A stretch of DNA of 64,000 bases from an uncultured cyanobacterium (GTDB taxonomy: Bacteria > Cyanobacteriota > Cyanobacteriia > Cyanobacteriales > CAWCAG01): assembly GCA_963793425.1 (NCBI GenBank), contig CAWCAG010000005.1, forward strand, positions 1,024,001 to 1,088,000. Reading direction: 5' to 3'. The notes beneath the pieces are model-generated. The model searched no databases, was not told the origin of the DNA, and was given only the letters and a program-made list of their open reading frames with translations. The translations under genes and the position numbers were made by a program. The stretch's first letter is position 1; each line of letters begins with the position of its first letter. Below, piece after piece: positions 1 to 8,236 of the stretch.

Positions 1-59
1 CTTTTTAGGTATGATGAGAAAGTTGTAACCTTGCTTCTCAACTAAAAGGAAAAACTTTT

Positions 60-176
60 ATGATAACCCTAAAAATTGTTGTTTATGTCGTTGTCGCCTT
101 CTTCGTTGGCCTCTTTATCTTTGGATTCTTGTCTAGTGATCCGGCCCGGAACCCAGGTCGGCGCGACTTAGAATAG
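60..176 (+). CDS. psbI: Photosystem II reaction centre protein I
   Basis: Translated manually (below the ORF-track cutoff): [38 protein letters not shown], 38 aa with the PsbI FGFLSxDPxRNP motif; AAGGA RBS upstream. Confidence 0.97.
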   Translation: MITLKIVVYVVVAFFVGLFIFGFLSSDPARNPGRRDLE

Positions 177-394
177 GAGAAAAGGGAACTTGGTGGCGAC
201 TTGGGCTAGTCATAGCACAGGATAGCAAAAGACCAGCGAATGATGAATAATAGTTTTTCGGCTCCTTTTGCCTATTTCTTAAATTTGATTGTAAGAAACA
301 ACTCTTACTTACTCTAAAGAGAAGGCTACGCCAATGGCTTTTCCCTGTGCTGTTTTAATCCGGAGCAAGCTATTCAAGTCTTGTTTAACTATAT

Positions 395-2797
395 ATGTCC
401 ATACCCGTTCCGCCACCAGAAACGCCTGTTCTTACTCAAGCTAGATCAGCAGAAATTGTTAATCAAACTGCTGAGGCGATCGCCATCGGGGCCACTAATT
501 CTCAAAAGTCACCCTTAGCCATACCAGAAAGGTTTGCCCCAGAATTTTACTCTGCTAAAGCTAATGCACCCTTTCCCAGCCGCGAGTTATACTCTCAAGA
601 TTTTTCTCCCCTCATCAAAAGAACCGCTGCTGATTTGGGCAAACCAATCACCATCGGCTATTTAGCTTCAGCTCAGCCTAATATTTCCCAAAGCAACAAA
701 AGTTCTCACCAAGTTACGACCAAAAACGAATTTACACCAACTTCTACGGTAATTTCTGGGTTAACAGAAGATGCTGAACGGACTATTTTATTGACCCAAG
801 AACGAAATGGTGAAAGCCGGGAATTTGAATTAACTATTCCTGTAGATGAAGATGAACAAGAAGAAGATGAACCAACCATACCTGGGAATGAAGAGGAAAC
901 CACAACACCTGCCACACCTACTGCCATCCCCATTGAACCAGCAGATGTAGTTGAAATCACCTCAGACCGCCAAGAATACGACGAAGCAAGAAATATTGTT
1001 ACCGCCGAAGGTAATGTAGAAATACGCTTTTCTAGGGCTGTATTAACTGCTGACCGAGTACAAGTAAATTTAGATAATCAAATAACTGTTGCAGAAGGTA
1101 ATGTCGCCCTGAGAAGAGGAGATCAAACCATCAGAGGGTCAAGGTTTGAATATTACTTTGTGCAAGATAGCGGTATTGTTTTGAATGCTAGTGGAGAAAT
1201 CTACCAACCTACTACAGGCAGAGACTTTAACCCGACTTTAGCTAACGACCCTCTCGCCGCAACTATACCAGACCGCCCCTTAAGCGATCGCGTCACCGCA
1301 GGGCAACCATTGCAACGAATTTCTACTGATGAAGGTTATCGTTTTGTGGTGGGAGGGAGTCCTGAAATTGGTACATCTAGGGCTACTTCAGGGACGGGAG
1401 GAACTATCAACCGTTTGCGTTTCCAAGCAGATAGAGTTGATTTTTATCCTGAAGGTTGGGATGCTACTAATATTCGCATCACCAACGATCCTTTTTCCCC
1501 TCCGGAATTAGAAATTCAAGCCGACACCGCTAGATCAAGAAAGCTAGGGCCATTACTAGATGAAGTTGTAACTAGCAACTCCCGCGTTGTTTTCGATCAA
1601 GGTTTCTCTCTCCCCCTATTTCGTAACCGCTTTCTGTTAGATCGCCGCCCCCGCCAACCAACCTTATTTAATGTTGGTTTAGATGGTAACGAAAGGGGAG
1701 GTGTATTTATTGAACGTAGCTTTGATATCATCAACAGCCCCCAGGTATTTTGGAGTGTTACACCCCAGTACTTCCTCCAAAGAGCAATTTTTGACGAAAA
1801 TCCTGGCGCTCCTTCCGCTTTCGGTGTTAAATCTAACCTTGATGTTATCTTTAGTCCTCGTACTACTTTAAGAGCTTCCGTAGCCGTTACTAGCTTTGAT
1901 CTTGATGAGATTGGCGAAGAAACTCGCGCTAGTGTTAGGGGACAGCAAATTATTGGTCGTACTAATCTTCCTCACCATACTTTAGGTTTAGAATATAGTT
2001 ATCGTGATCGCCTCTTTAACGGTTCTTTAGGCTTTCAGGATGTTCGTAGTACCTTGGGGGCTGTGATCACCTCTCCTGTTATTCCCATCGGCAATACAGG
2101 AGTTAACCTCACCTATCAAGGAGCAATTCAAAATATCAATGCGGATACTGACCGCCTAGATTTACTTGCCCCCATCAGGGATAATAATCGTGTTAATCTT
2201 ACTCGCTATCAAGCGGCCGCTTCTTTAGGCAAAGGCTTCTCTTTATGGCGAGGAGAGGCTTTACCTCCTACTCCCACCGAAGGTTTGCGTTATAGTCCCG
2301 TCCCTATTCAACCTTACCTAGCTTTATACACTGGTATCACTGGGGTTAGCAGCCTTTATAGTAGCGGGGACACTCAGCAATCTCTTGGCGGTAGTATTGG
2401 TCTACGAGGACAATTCGGCCATTTCTCCAAAAAATTCCTCGATTATACCGCCTTTAATCTTACCTTCAGCGGCGCAATTGTGGGAGATCAGTCTCCTTTC
2501 CGGTTTGACCGTTTTGTTGACCGCCAAACTGTTTCTTTCGGCATTACTCAGCAACTTTATGGCCCTTTCCGTTTTGGTTTCCAGACTTCCTATAACCTTG
2601 ATACCAGCCAAGAAATTAATACCACTTATTCTTTGGAATATAGCCGTCGTACTTACAATATTTTGTTGCAATATAACCCCGTTCAAGAGTTTGGTTCCCT
2701 TAGCTTTAGGATAAGTGACTTTAACTGGACTGGTTCCCCTGACCCCTTTGATGCAGATACAATTAACCCTGTGGTTCAAGGGGTAAGGCGAGAGTAA
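395..2797 (+). CDS. DUF3769-containing LptD/OstA-like outer-membrane LPS assembly protein
   Basis: OstA-like segment (VEITSDRQEYD..VTAEGNVEIRF..LTADRVQVNL), long beta-strand C-terminus ending FRISDFNW; position after psbI is typical. Confidence 0.8.
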   Translation: MSIPVPPPETPVLTQARSAEIVNQTAEAIAIGATNSQKSPLAIPERFAPEFYSAKANAPFPSRELYSQDFSPLIKRTAADLGKPITIGYLASAQPNISQSNKSSHQVTTKNEFTPTSTVISGLTEDAERTILLTQERNGESREFELTIPVDEDEQEEDEPTIPGNEEETTTPATPTAIPIEPADVVEITSDRQEYDEARNIVTAEGNVEIRFSRAVLTADRVQVNLDNQITVAEGNVALRRGDQTIRGSRFEYYFVQDSGIVLNASGEIYQPTTGRDFNPTLANDPLAATIPDRPLSDRVTAGQPLQRISTDEGYRFVVGGSPEIGTSRATSGTGGTINRLRFQADRVDFYPEGWDATNIRITNDPFSPPELEIQADTARSRKLGPLLDEVVTSNSRVVFDQGFSLPLFRNRFLLDRRPRQPTLFNVGLDGNERGGVFIERSFDIINSPQVFWSVTPQYFLQRAIFDENPGAPSAFGVKSNLDVIFSPRTTLRASVAVTSFDLDEIGEETRASVRGQQIIGRTNLPHHTLGLEYSYRDRLFNGSLGFQDVRSTLGAVITSPVIPIGNTGVNLTYQGAIQNINADTDRLDLLAPIRDNNRVNLTRYQAAASLGKGFSLWRGEALPPTPTEGLRYSPVPIQPYLALYTGITGVSSLYSSGDTQQSLGGSIGLRGQFGHFSKKFLDYTAFNLTFSGAIVGDQSPFRFDRFVDRQTVSFGITQQLYGPFRFGFQTSYNLDTSQEINTTYSLEYSRRTYNILLQYNPVQEFGSLSFRISDFNWTGSPDPFDADTINPVVQGVRRE

Positions 2798-2861
2798 TGG
2801 GGAAGCTGAAGCTATTACCTTAGCTGTTGAAGTCAATCTAAAGTCAGTGGCGATCGCAATC

Positions 2862-3260
2862 CTAATAATTCTTAGTTGCTTTGTCCAGCAATAGATTTAC
2901 ATGGGATGTATTCAAAGCCCTCGGAAGTCCGATAAGATAGCCCAGTCCTATCAGTAAATCAACAATCCCGATAACCCCTAGCATAATGCCAAGACCACCC
3001 CAGAATCCAAAGTAAGCCAATAAGAGAAAGGCAAAAACTCGTAAAATACCTTCCCAATAAACTAAAGTCCCCCGAACATTAAGGTTTCTCGAACAAAGAA
3101 TCAGGAGGACTCCCAAATAAATAACCAGAACTGCGGGAAGCCAGAGCCAGAAAAGAGAATTAGTCCCTTGTATACCTGAAAGACTGGGAATGCTAGGAAT
3201 CAGAAAACCTACTCCAAGGAGTATGTTGTAAATACCTGTCCAGAAAACAAATTTTTGCAT
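2862..3260 (-). CDS. Hypothetical 4-TM membrane protein
   Basis: 132-aa ORF with four hydrophobic segments; AAGAAA upstream of ATG. Confidence 0.7.
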   Translation of the reverse strand: MQKFVFWTGIYNILLGVGFLIPSIPSLSGIQGTNSLFWLWLPAVLVIYLGVLLILCSRNLNVRGTLVYWEGILRVFAFLLLAYFGFWGGLGIMLGVIGIVDLLIGLGYLIGLPRALNTSHVNLLLDKATKNY

Positions 3261-3343
3261 TGCATTTTCTTAAGGAAATATGTACAGCACGATTTAATTA
3301 AGATTAAGTTGTACAGCATCAATACTGCAATTATTTAAGAACT

Positions 3344-3589
3344 ATGAGTTTAGTTATTCCAGATGAATTTCTACAAACGGCCCGTATTTCTGAGGCTGAC
3401 CTTAAGTTAGAAATTGCTATTCTACTGTTTCAGCAAGAGAAAATAACTTTAGGTACTGCTAGCCAATTTGCCCAAATGAATCAATTAGAATTTCAGCGCA
3501 TTTTGGGGAGTAAGAAAATTTCCAATCATTATGGTGTCGAAGAATTTCGCCAAGATTTGAAAACATTAGAAGCTAACGACTGGCGATGA
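3344..3589 (+). CDS. UPF0175 family protein (putative antitoxin)
   Basis: LKLEIAILLFQQEKITLGTASQFAQMNQLEFQRILG..HYGVEEF..DL pattern of UPF0175. Confidence 0.88.
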   Translation: MSLVIPDEFLQTARISEADLKLEIAILLFQQEKITLGTASQFAQMNQLEFQRILGSKKISNHYGVEEFRQDLKTLEANDWR

Positions 3590-3621
3590 TTATTGTTAGT
3601 AATACTATCCCGGTTTGGTAG
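3586..3621 (+). pseudogene. 5' stub of a DUF3368/PIN-type toxin (MIIVSNT...) cut by a repeat element
   Basis: ATGA overlap with the UPF0175 stop; MIIVSNT matches the DUF3368 N-terminus; the frame runs into the element at 3602 and stops. Confidence 0.65.
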
Positions 3622-3744
3622 CACAGGTTATCTGTGAGGGCAGGCAACAGGCAAAAGGCAAGAGGCAAAAGGGTTTGAGACATTTTATTTTCTCGAAAGG
3701 TCAAGCTTTTATTGCAATTCTTGACATTCTTTAACTAAGGGTAT
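3602..3744. mobile_element. MITE-like dispersed element, copy A
   Basis: Starts ATACTA..CGGTT; shares TAGCACAGGTTATnnGTGAGGGyAGG with 10673-10790; internal heptamer repeats; ends GGTAT. Confidence 0.55.
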
Positions 3745-3746
3745 GC

Positions 3747-4259
3747 CTAATTCCTAAGTTCCTCTCCTAACGAACTTAAAAATTTCCCCGCAAAACCCAC
3801 AAAATCCCTTGTTGTGGTTGCATCGTCAAAATTAACTGGGTTTAAATAATGCCACTTTCCCTCTTTCAGCAAATCCCGCGTTAACTTTTCCCCTAAAGCT
3901 GTTTTTCCCTGCCCCGTTAATCCAGTGATGACCAATAAACGAATTTCATCTTGCAGCTTGAGTTTTAATTCCTTTAAAGTTTCTTCCCTGCCCACCCAAG
4001 TATCAAGAGGTTTAGGTAGTTCAGTTTGGTTATTAGTCGTTTCTTGAGCAGATATTTCCTGCCAATCTAAACCCAGCTTTTTAGAAATGTCTACAAAATA
4101 GCCAAAATCTACAGCCCTACCGTTAAGAAAGCTTTGTACCGTAGATTGTGAAACATCTATTTCAATAGCAAATTGTTTCTGACTGGGATAACCATTACGT
4201 TTAACAGCATCTTTAACTTGTTGAATATTATCAGGGGAAACCTTGAGAGAACGTCCCAT
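3747..4259 (-). pseudogene. Xre-like HTH fused to a truncated NB-ARC/STAND-like P-loop NTPase
   Basis: MGRSLKV..SQKQFAIEIDVSQSTVQSFLNG HTH; WVGREETL..LLVITGLTGQGKTAL Walker A; ORF ends before any Walker B. Confidence 0.75.
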
Positions 4260-4462
4260 TATTTAGCTTCTAATATGAAATACAAAAGAATCTGCTACCA
4301 ATAAATGAAATTAAGCTATTTGCTCTTAGCCATGAGGAAATAACCTTTGCTTAAACGATCCCATATCTAGATGCGCCCTACCACCAAGTTTATTTCCGAC
4401 GATAGGGCAACCCTTGAATAAATCAGCCAAGTATAAACAAGGTAGAGCGAAGCGGTTAGGAA

Positions 4463-4519
4463 GGGGTGTGGGGAAACACTTGTTTCCCTGCTGGGGGGTT
4501 TGGGGGGCTAGCCCACCAA
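4463..4519. repeat. G-rich double hairpin (REP-like)
   Basis: GGGAAACA/TGTTTCCC (4471-4488) and TTGGGGGGC/GCCCACCAA (4500-4519). Confidence 0.55.
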
Positions 4520-4580
4520 TAGAACTATACTTCCAACAGATTAACCTGAAAAAACTTATCTGTAGCATCGTTATTCCTAT

Positions 4581-4661
4581 CAGTTAACAGGTGGGCAAAA
4601 CTTGATGTTACTGGTAACAACCAAAGATTATGGTTTATTGCCCACCCTACTATGATAACTG
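4581..4661. repeat. GTAG-family REP-like inverted repeat
   Basis: GGTGGGCAA (4590) ... TTGCCCACCCTAC (4638-4650), flanked by CAGTTA/TAACTG. Confidence 0.65.
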
Positions 4662-4683
4662 TCAAATAAGGGTTACAGCCTTT

Positions 4684-4760
4684 CTCAACACGAACTCAAT
4701 ACAAACTCAACACACCTCAACACAAAATCAACATCCCTTTAAGCACAGAACTCAACACAG
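4684..4760 (+). promoter_or_regulatory. Phased 10-11 bp direct repeats (CTCAAyAC), putative operator array
   Basis: CTCAACACGAA CTCAATACAAA CTCAACACAC CTCAACACAAA ATCAACA, plus CTCAACACAG at 4751. Confidence 0.5.
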
Positions 4761-4800
4761 CAGGAATTTAGATGGGAATTGTAGATTTCAAAAAGCAAAA

Positions 4801-4944
4801 ATGAAAAATATCGAAGAATTAAAAACCCTTCTAGAATTACTAGTCATCTTCCTCACCTTCGCCGAATCACCTTTTACATTTGCGATCGCACTAATAGTCG
4901 TAGGCATTTACTTGATTATTCATAGCCTCCAACCCCTCAACTAA
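4801..4944 (+). CDS. Small hydrophobic (1-2 TM) protein, 47 aa
   Basis: MKNIEELKTLLELLVIFLTFAESPFTFAIALIVVGIYLIIHSLQPLN; internal ATG of track ORF 4630..4944, whose 5' part runs over repeats. Confidence 0.55.
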   Translation: MKNIEELKTLLELLVIFLTFAESPFTFAIALIVVGIYLIIHSLQPLN

Positions 4945-4998
4945 GAAAATATTGAATGTATTCTTAAAGCTAATAGCTAAAAGCTAACAGCTAACAGC

Positions 4999-6462
4999 TT
5001 AAAAAACATTAGGAACCCAATTACCATGCAAACCGTAAGGAATATGCTGTTTAAGATTAAGCTTGGCAACAAGATCAAGGTTACTAGCATCAAGAATAAT
5101 TAACTCAGAACGATGGCGATCGCCGTTATAAACTAGAGTCAGAATCCAACCCTCATCTTCTTGATAACTTTGGGGGTGAGGTACAAAAACAGGTTCGCTA
5201 ACAAAGCCGCTGGGGGCCGCACTCCAAAACTTTTCTGTTCCGGTGGTTAAATCTAGTTTGAGGATACCTTGTAAAGGTGCGTTGCCCTCTTTTTGTTCAG
5301 CAACACCTATAAATAAATAACGGTAGGAATGTCCGACATAATCAGGATGAACTTCAGGAAATTCGCAACAACGACTCAACAATAACTGACTATCAGTTAT
5401 TTTCTGTTCTAAATCTAAAGTAAAGCGCCACAGTTGTCCTGGTGCTAAGGTAGCAAAATCTACATCGCGATAATCCGCATCATTTTGTACCTGGGGAATA
5501 GAGTCATAGCAAATGGAGTCGAGATAAATTTTGCCGTTTTCCTCAAAAGCATTGGCATGATGAAAAACAAATCCTGCTTGGGTTTCCAGGACTTTTATCT
5601 TTTCCCCTGCTTTAGTATCACGAGGAATAACTATGATGCGAGTAGGGCTGTTGGCTTGAAAGTTAACACATTCTCCTGCCCCTTTAAACCCTAATAAAAA
5701 AGGTAGGGGATTGAAAGTAACAGGATTTTGGAAAAAGAGACAATAATTAGGGGTGATCGCAAAGTCATGAATGAAGGCAAATCCTGGTACGCTATGGTCG
5801 TGGCGACGTAGCAATTTCCCCGCAGAATCTAATTCATAAACGGTAATAGTTGTAGAAAGCCCAGGTTTGATAGCAAAATTAACTAAACAAGGCTCTCCAT
5901 TGTTAAACTGACAACTAGGATCAATCCAAGGATGAGCTGCAAAAGCATCTCCTGGTTGTAGAATGCCATCAAGATCATCTAAGCCCAAAGTATCTAAATT
6001 ACGAGGATCTAAGCGATAGGGTTGGGCTGCTTCCCAAAGGGCGAGGAGTTTCCCTCCCCAGTAAATAACGTTGGTATTGGCAATATTTTTGAGGCGAAAA
6101 TCAAAGGCATTGTTCCACCACCCACCGGGCTTTTGAGTACCGAAAACACCACGATAAAGAATTTTACCAGCTTCTTGTTCTTCGACAAAAGCTTCTGTAC
6201 GGACAAAACGGTTGCGGAAGTGTGCGCTTCCTTCCTGAAATGAAATAGCACAAACCATGCCATCACCGTCAAAGGGATGGCGTATGGGAGTACCGTGGAT
6301 GTCTAATAATCCTGGACCATTACGAAATAAAGTACCCTCAAGTTCGGTGGGAATTTCTCCTTCAATGTCATCAACCCAATAATCAGATTCTTGGAGTTGA
6401 GATTGATAACCTTGTTTCCATTGTTCAGGGTTATAGGATGTGGTATTTGCAGCTAGTTTCAT
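4999..6462 (-). CDS. Carotenoid oxygenase (apocarotenoid-15,15'-oxygenase-like)
   Basis: GTLFRNGPG, HPFDGDGM, FAAHP, FIHDFAIT, FHHANAFE, EFP, SEPVFVP and GLHG motifs of the RPE65/CCD family. Confidence 0.93.
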   Translation of the reverse strand: MKLAANTTSYNPEQWKQGYQSQLQESDYWVDDIEGEIPTELEGTLFRNGPGLLDIHGTPIRHPFDGDGMVCAISFQEGSAHFRNRFVRTEAFVEEQEAGKILYRGVFGTQKPGGWWNNAFDFRLKNIANTNVIYWGGKLLALWEAAQPYRLDPRNLDTLGLDDLDGILQPGDAFAAHPWIDPSCQFNNGEPCLVNFAIKPGLSTTITVYELDSAGKLLRRHDHSVPGFAFIHDFAITPNYCLFFQNPVTFNPLPFLLGFKGAGECVNFQANSPTRIIVIPRDTKAGEKIKVLETQAGFVFHHANAFEENGKIYLDSICYDSIPQVQNDADYRDVDFATLAPGQLWRFTLDLEQKITDSQLLLSRCCEFPEVHPDYVGHSYRYLFIGVAEQKEGNAPLQGILKLDLTTGTEKFWSAAPSGFVSEPVFVPHPQSYQEDEGWILTLVYNGDRHRSELIILDASNLDLVAKLNLKQHIPYGLHGNWVPNVF

Positions 6463-6503
6463 TGGCTATTAATAGTTTTTAAAAAGTGGTAGTAAGTTTT
6501 AAA

Positions 6504-7901
6504 TTAAATCGTTGGCACTAAAGGCTTTTCCAGATCTCCTTTAGTCTCATGTTCCTCTAACCCTTGCCTAACCAGGTTTTCTTTCTCCTCTTCAATTTTG
6601 GGATCACCTGATGGTAACCAGCCTAGAAATGGCAAAGGTAATAAGCTAGATAGGTTAACGATGACAACCAAAAGCCAAAGATTACTAAAATCCGTTTGCG
6701 TCACCCCCAAAAACTTTGTTAACAAAGCCCCCAACTCATGGGAAAGTAGCCCTGCGAGGTTAAAAACCGACATGAGGAGGGCAAATAAAGTTGCTTCCAC
6801 TCCCGCAGGACAAAGGCGGGCAGAAAGAACTAATACTGGCATAAAAGCTATTTGTCCCATGACGGTGAGGATGAGACTATCTCCTAAACTAAACCAATGA
6901 TCGTCTATGCCCAAAGTACGGTTAGCATGGGTGACTAAGAGTAAAGTTGTCATGCCTAAAACTGCTGAGATAACGGTACTCCAGCCAAAGATGGTTCGGA
7001 AGGAGACAGTTTTGAGGAAGCGTTGATATAACCAAATACCGAGTAGAGAAGCAAAACTTGTTACTAGGCGAACTCTACCTAAAAATTCTGGTTCAAATCC
7101 TAATTCATTAGTGACGAAGAAAAATATTGCTGATTCTCCCCCAGGAGTTGCTTGCCAAATAAAAATAAACAGGGTGGGCAACCAAATATACTTTTGAGTT
7201 ATGGCCGCCCATAACTGTCTAACTTGTTGTTTAGCCCCAGCTACATTAATTTTATGACTAGTTTTTTCTTCAACAATTAACCAAGCAACACCGGAAACTA
7301 TGAGGGGGAAAGTGGCAGTGATAGAAAAAACTGTTTGGTTACTGAAATGTTGCAGTAGCAAGCCGCTTAAGTAAGCAGTGGTTAACCCTCCTAATGCTGT
7401 ACAACTCCAGCTTAGAGATTGCAAAGACCCGGACTTTTCTAAAGATTCTTCCCTCGCCCTTTCTACCACCAAAGAGTCTACAATTACATCACTAATAGCC
7501 ATAGAAAGAGATGTAAACAAAATTGCCGTGGTAGCTGCCCAAGGACTATTAACCACTGTCCCCAAAGCTAACCAAGAAACTGCCCCCAAGATACCGGAGA
7601 TAATTAAGTAAGGGCGGCGGCGATAGCCAAATAAGGGTAAGCCATCAGAAATAAAGCCAAACAAGGGTTTTGTTACCCAAGGCAAAGAGGCAATACCCAT
7701 CAACGCAGCAACTTGGGCAGGGCTGAGGGCGAGGTCATCTTTAAGGAAAAAGCTAACAGCTAAACGTGCTAAACCGAGTATGCCTTGAACGAAATAAACC
7801 GTCATGATGGCAAGTAACTCAGGATTTGGTTCGTTGCCGAACAAAATCTTTTCTTTAATTAATTCTTTGAACTGACTGAGCCTAGGAGAAGAAGCTGTCA
7901 T
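6504..7901 (-). CDS. Folate/biopterin family MFS transporter (BT1)
   Basis: VYFVQGILGL, PWVTKPLFGFISD..GYRRRPY, LCPAGVEATLFALLMS; about 12 TM. Confidence 0.92.
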   Translation of the reverse strand: MTASSPRLSQFKELIKEKILFGNEPNPELLAIMTVYFVQGILGLARLAVSFFLKDDLALSPAQVAALMGIASLPWVTKPLFGFISDGLPLFGYRRRPYLIISGILGAVSWLALGTVVNSPWAATTAILFTSLSMAISDVIVDSLVVERAREESLEKSGSLQSLSWSCTALGGLTTAYLSGLLLQHFSNQTVFSITATFPLIVSGVAWLIVEEKTSHKINVAGAKQQVRQLWAAITQKYIWLPTLFIFIWQATPGGESAIFFFVTNELGFEPEFLGRVRLVTSFASLLGIWLYQRFLKTVSFRTIFGWSTVISAVLGMTTLLLVTHANRTLGIDDHWFSLGDSLILTVMGQIAFMPVLVLSARLCPAGVEATLFALLMSVFNLAGLLSHELGALLTKFLGVTQTDFSNLWLLVVIVNLSSLLPLPFLGWLPSGDPKIEEEKENLVRQGLEEHETKGDLEKPLVPTI

Positions 7902-8236
7902 GAATATTTTTTAAGTTTTATATCCTTTTATATCTTATACAGCTAATAGAGATTTCGGTATAGCTAGAAAATCAGAAATCTAACTGTTGAGAAAGAGCTT
8001 GGGCGGCAAATCTCTACCTACAGGATGAGAGTCTTGGTTTTTTAGGGAAACTTATATGTAGTTTGGGAAGAAAGATACAAGTAGATAATCAATCTTGGGG
8101 TGAGGCTAATATAGGGTGTGACCCTACATACTGGAAGTACTTTGAATAGGGACTTTTAATTCATTCGATCTTGGGCAACGAAACAATTAAACTACCTAAT
8201 TTAATTCCTTCTCAAAAATTGTAACTTTGTGCTACT

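Noticed and set aside
4326..4568. 80-aa minus-strand ORF
   Set aside because: It runs across REP-like hairpins and G-runs and has no protein-like features.
4684..4760. Possible CRISPR array
   Set aside because: Units are 10-11 bp with no spacers; no cas genes are present.
4630..4800. N-terminal extension of the small ORF
   Set aside because: It translates the REP hairpin and repeat array; ATG 4801 is more plausible.
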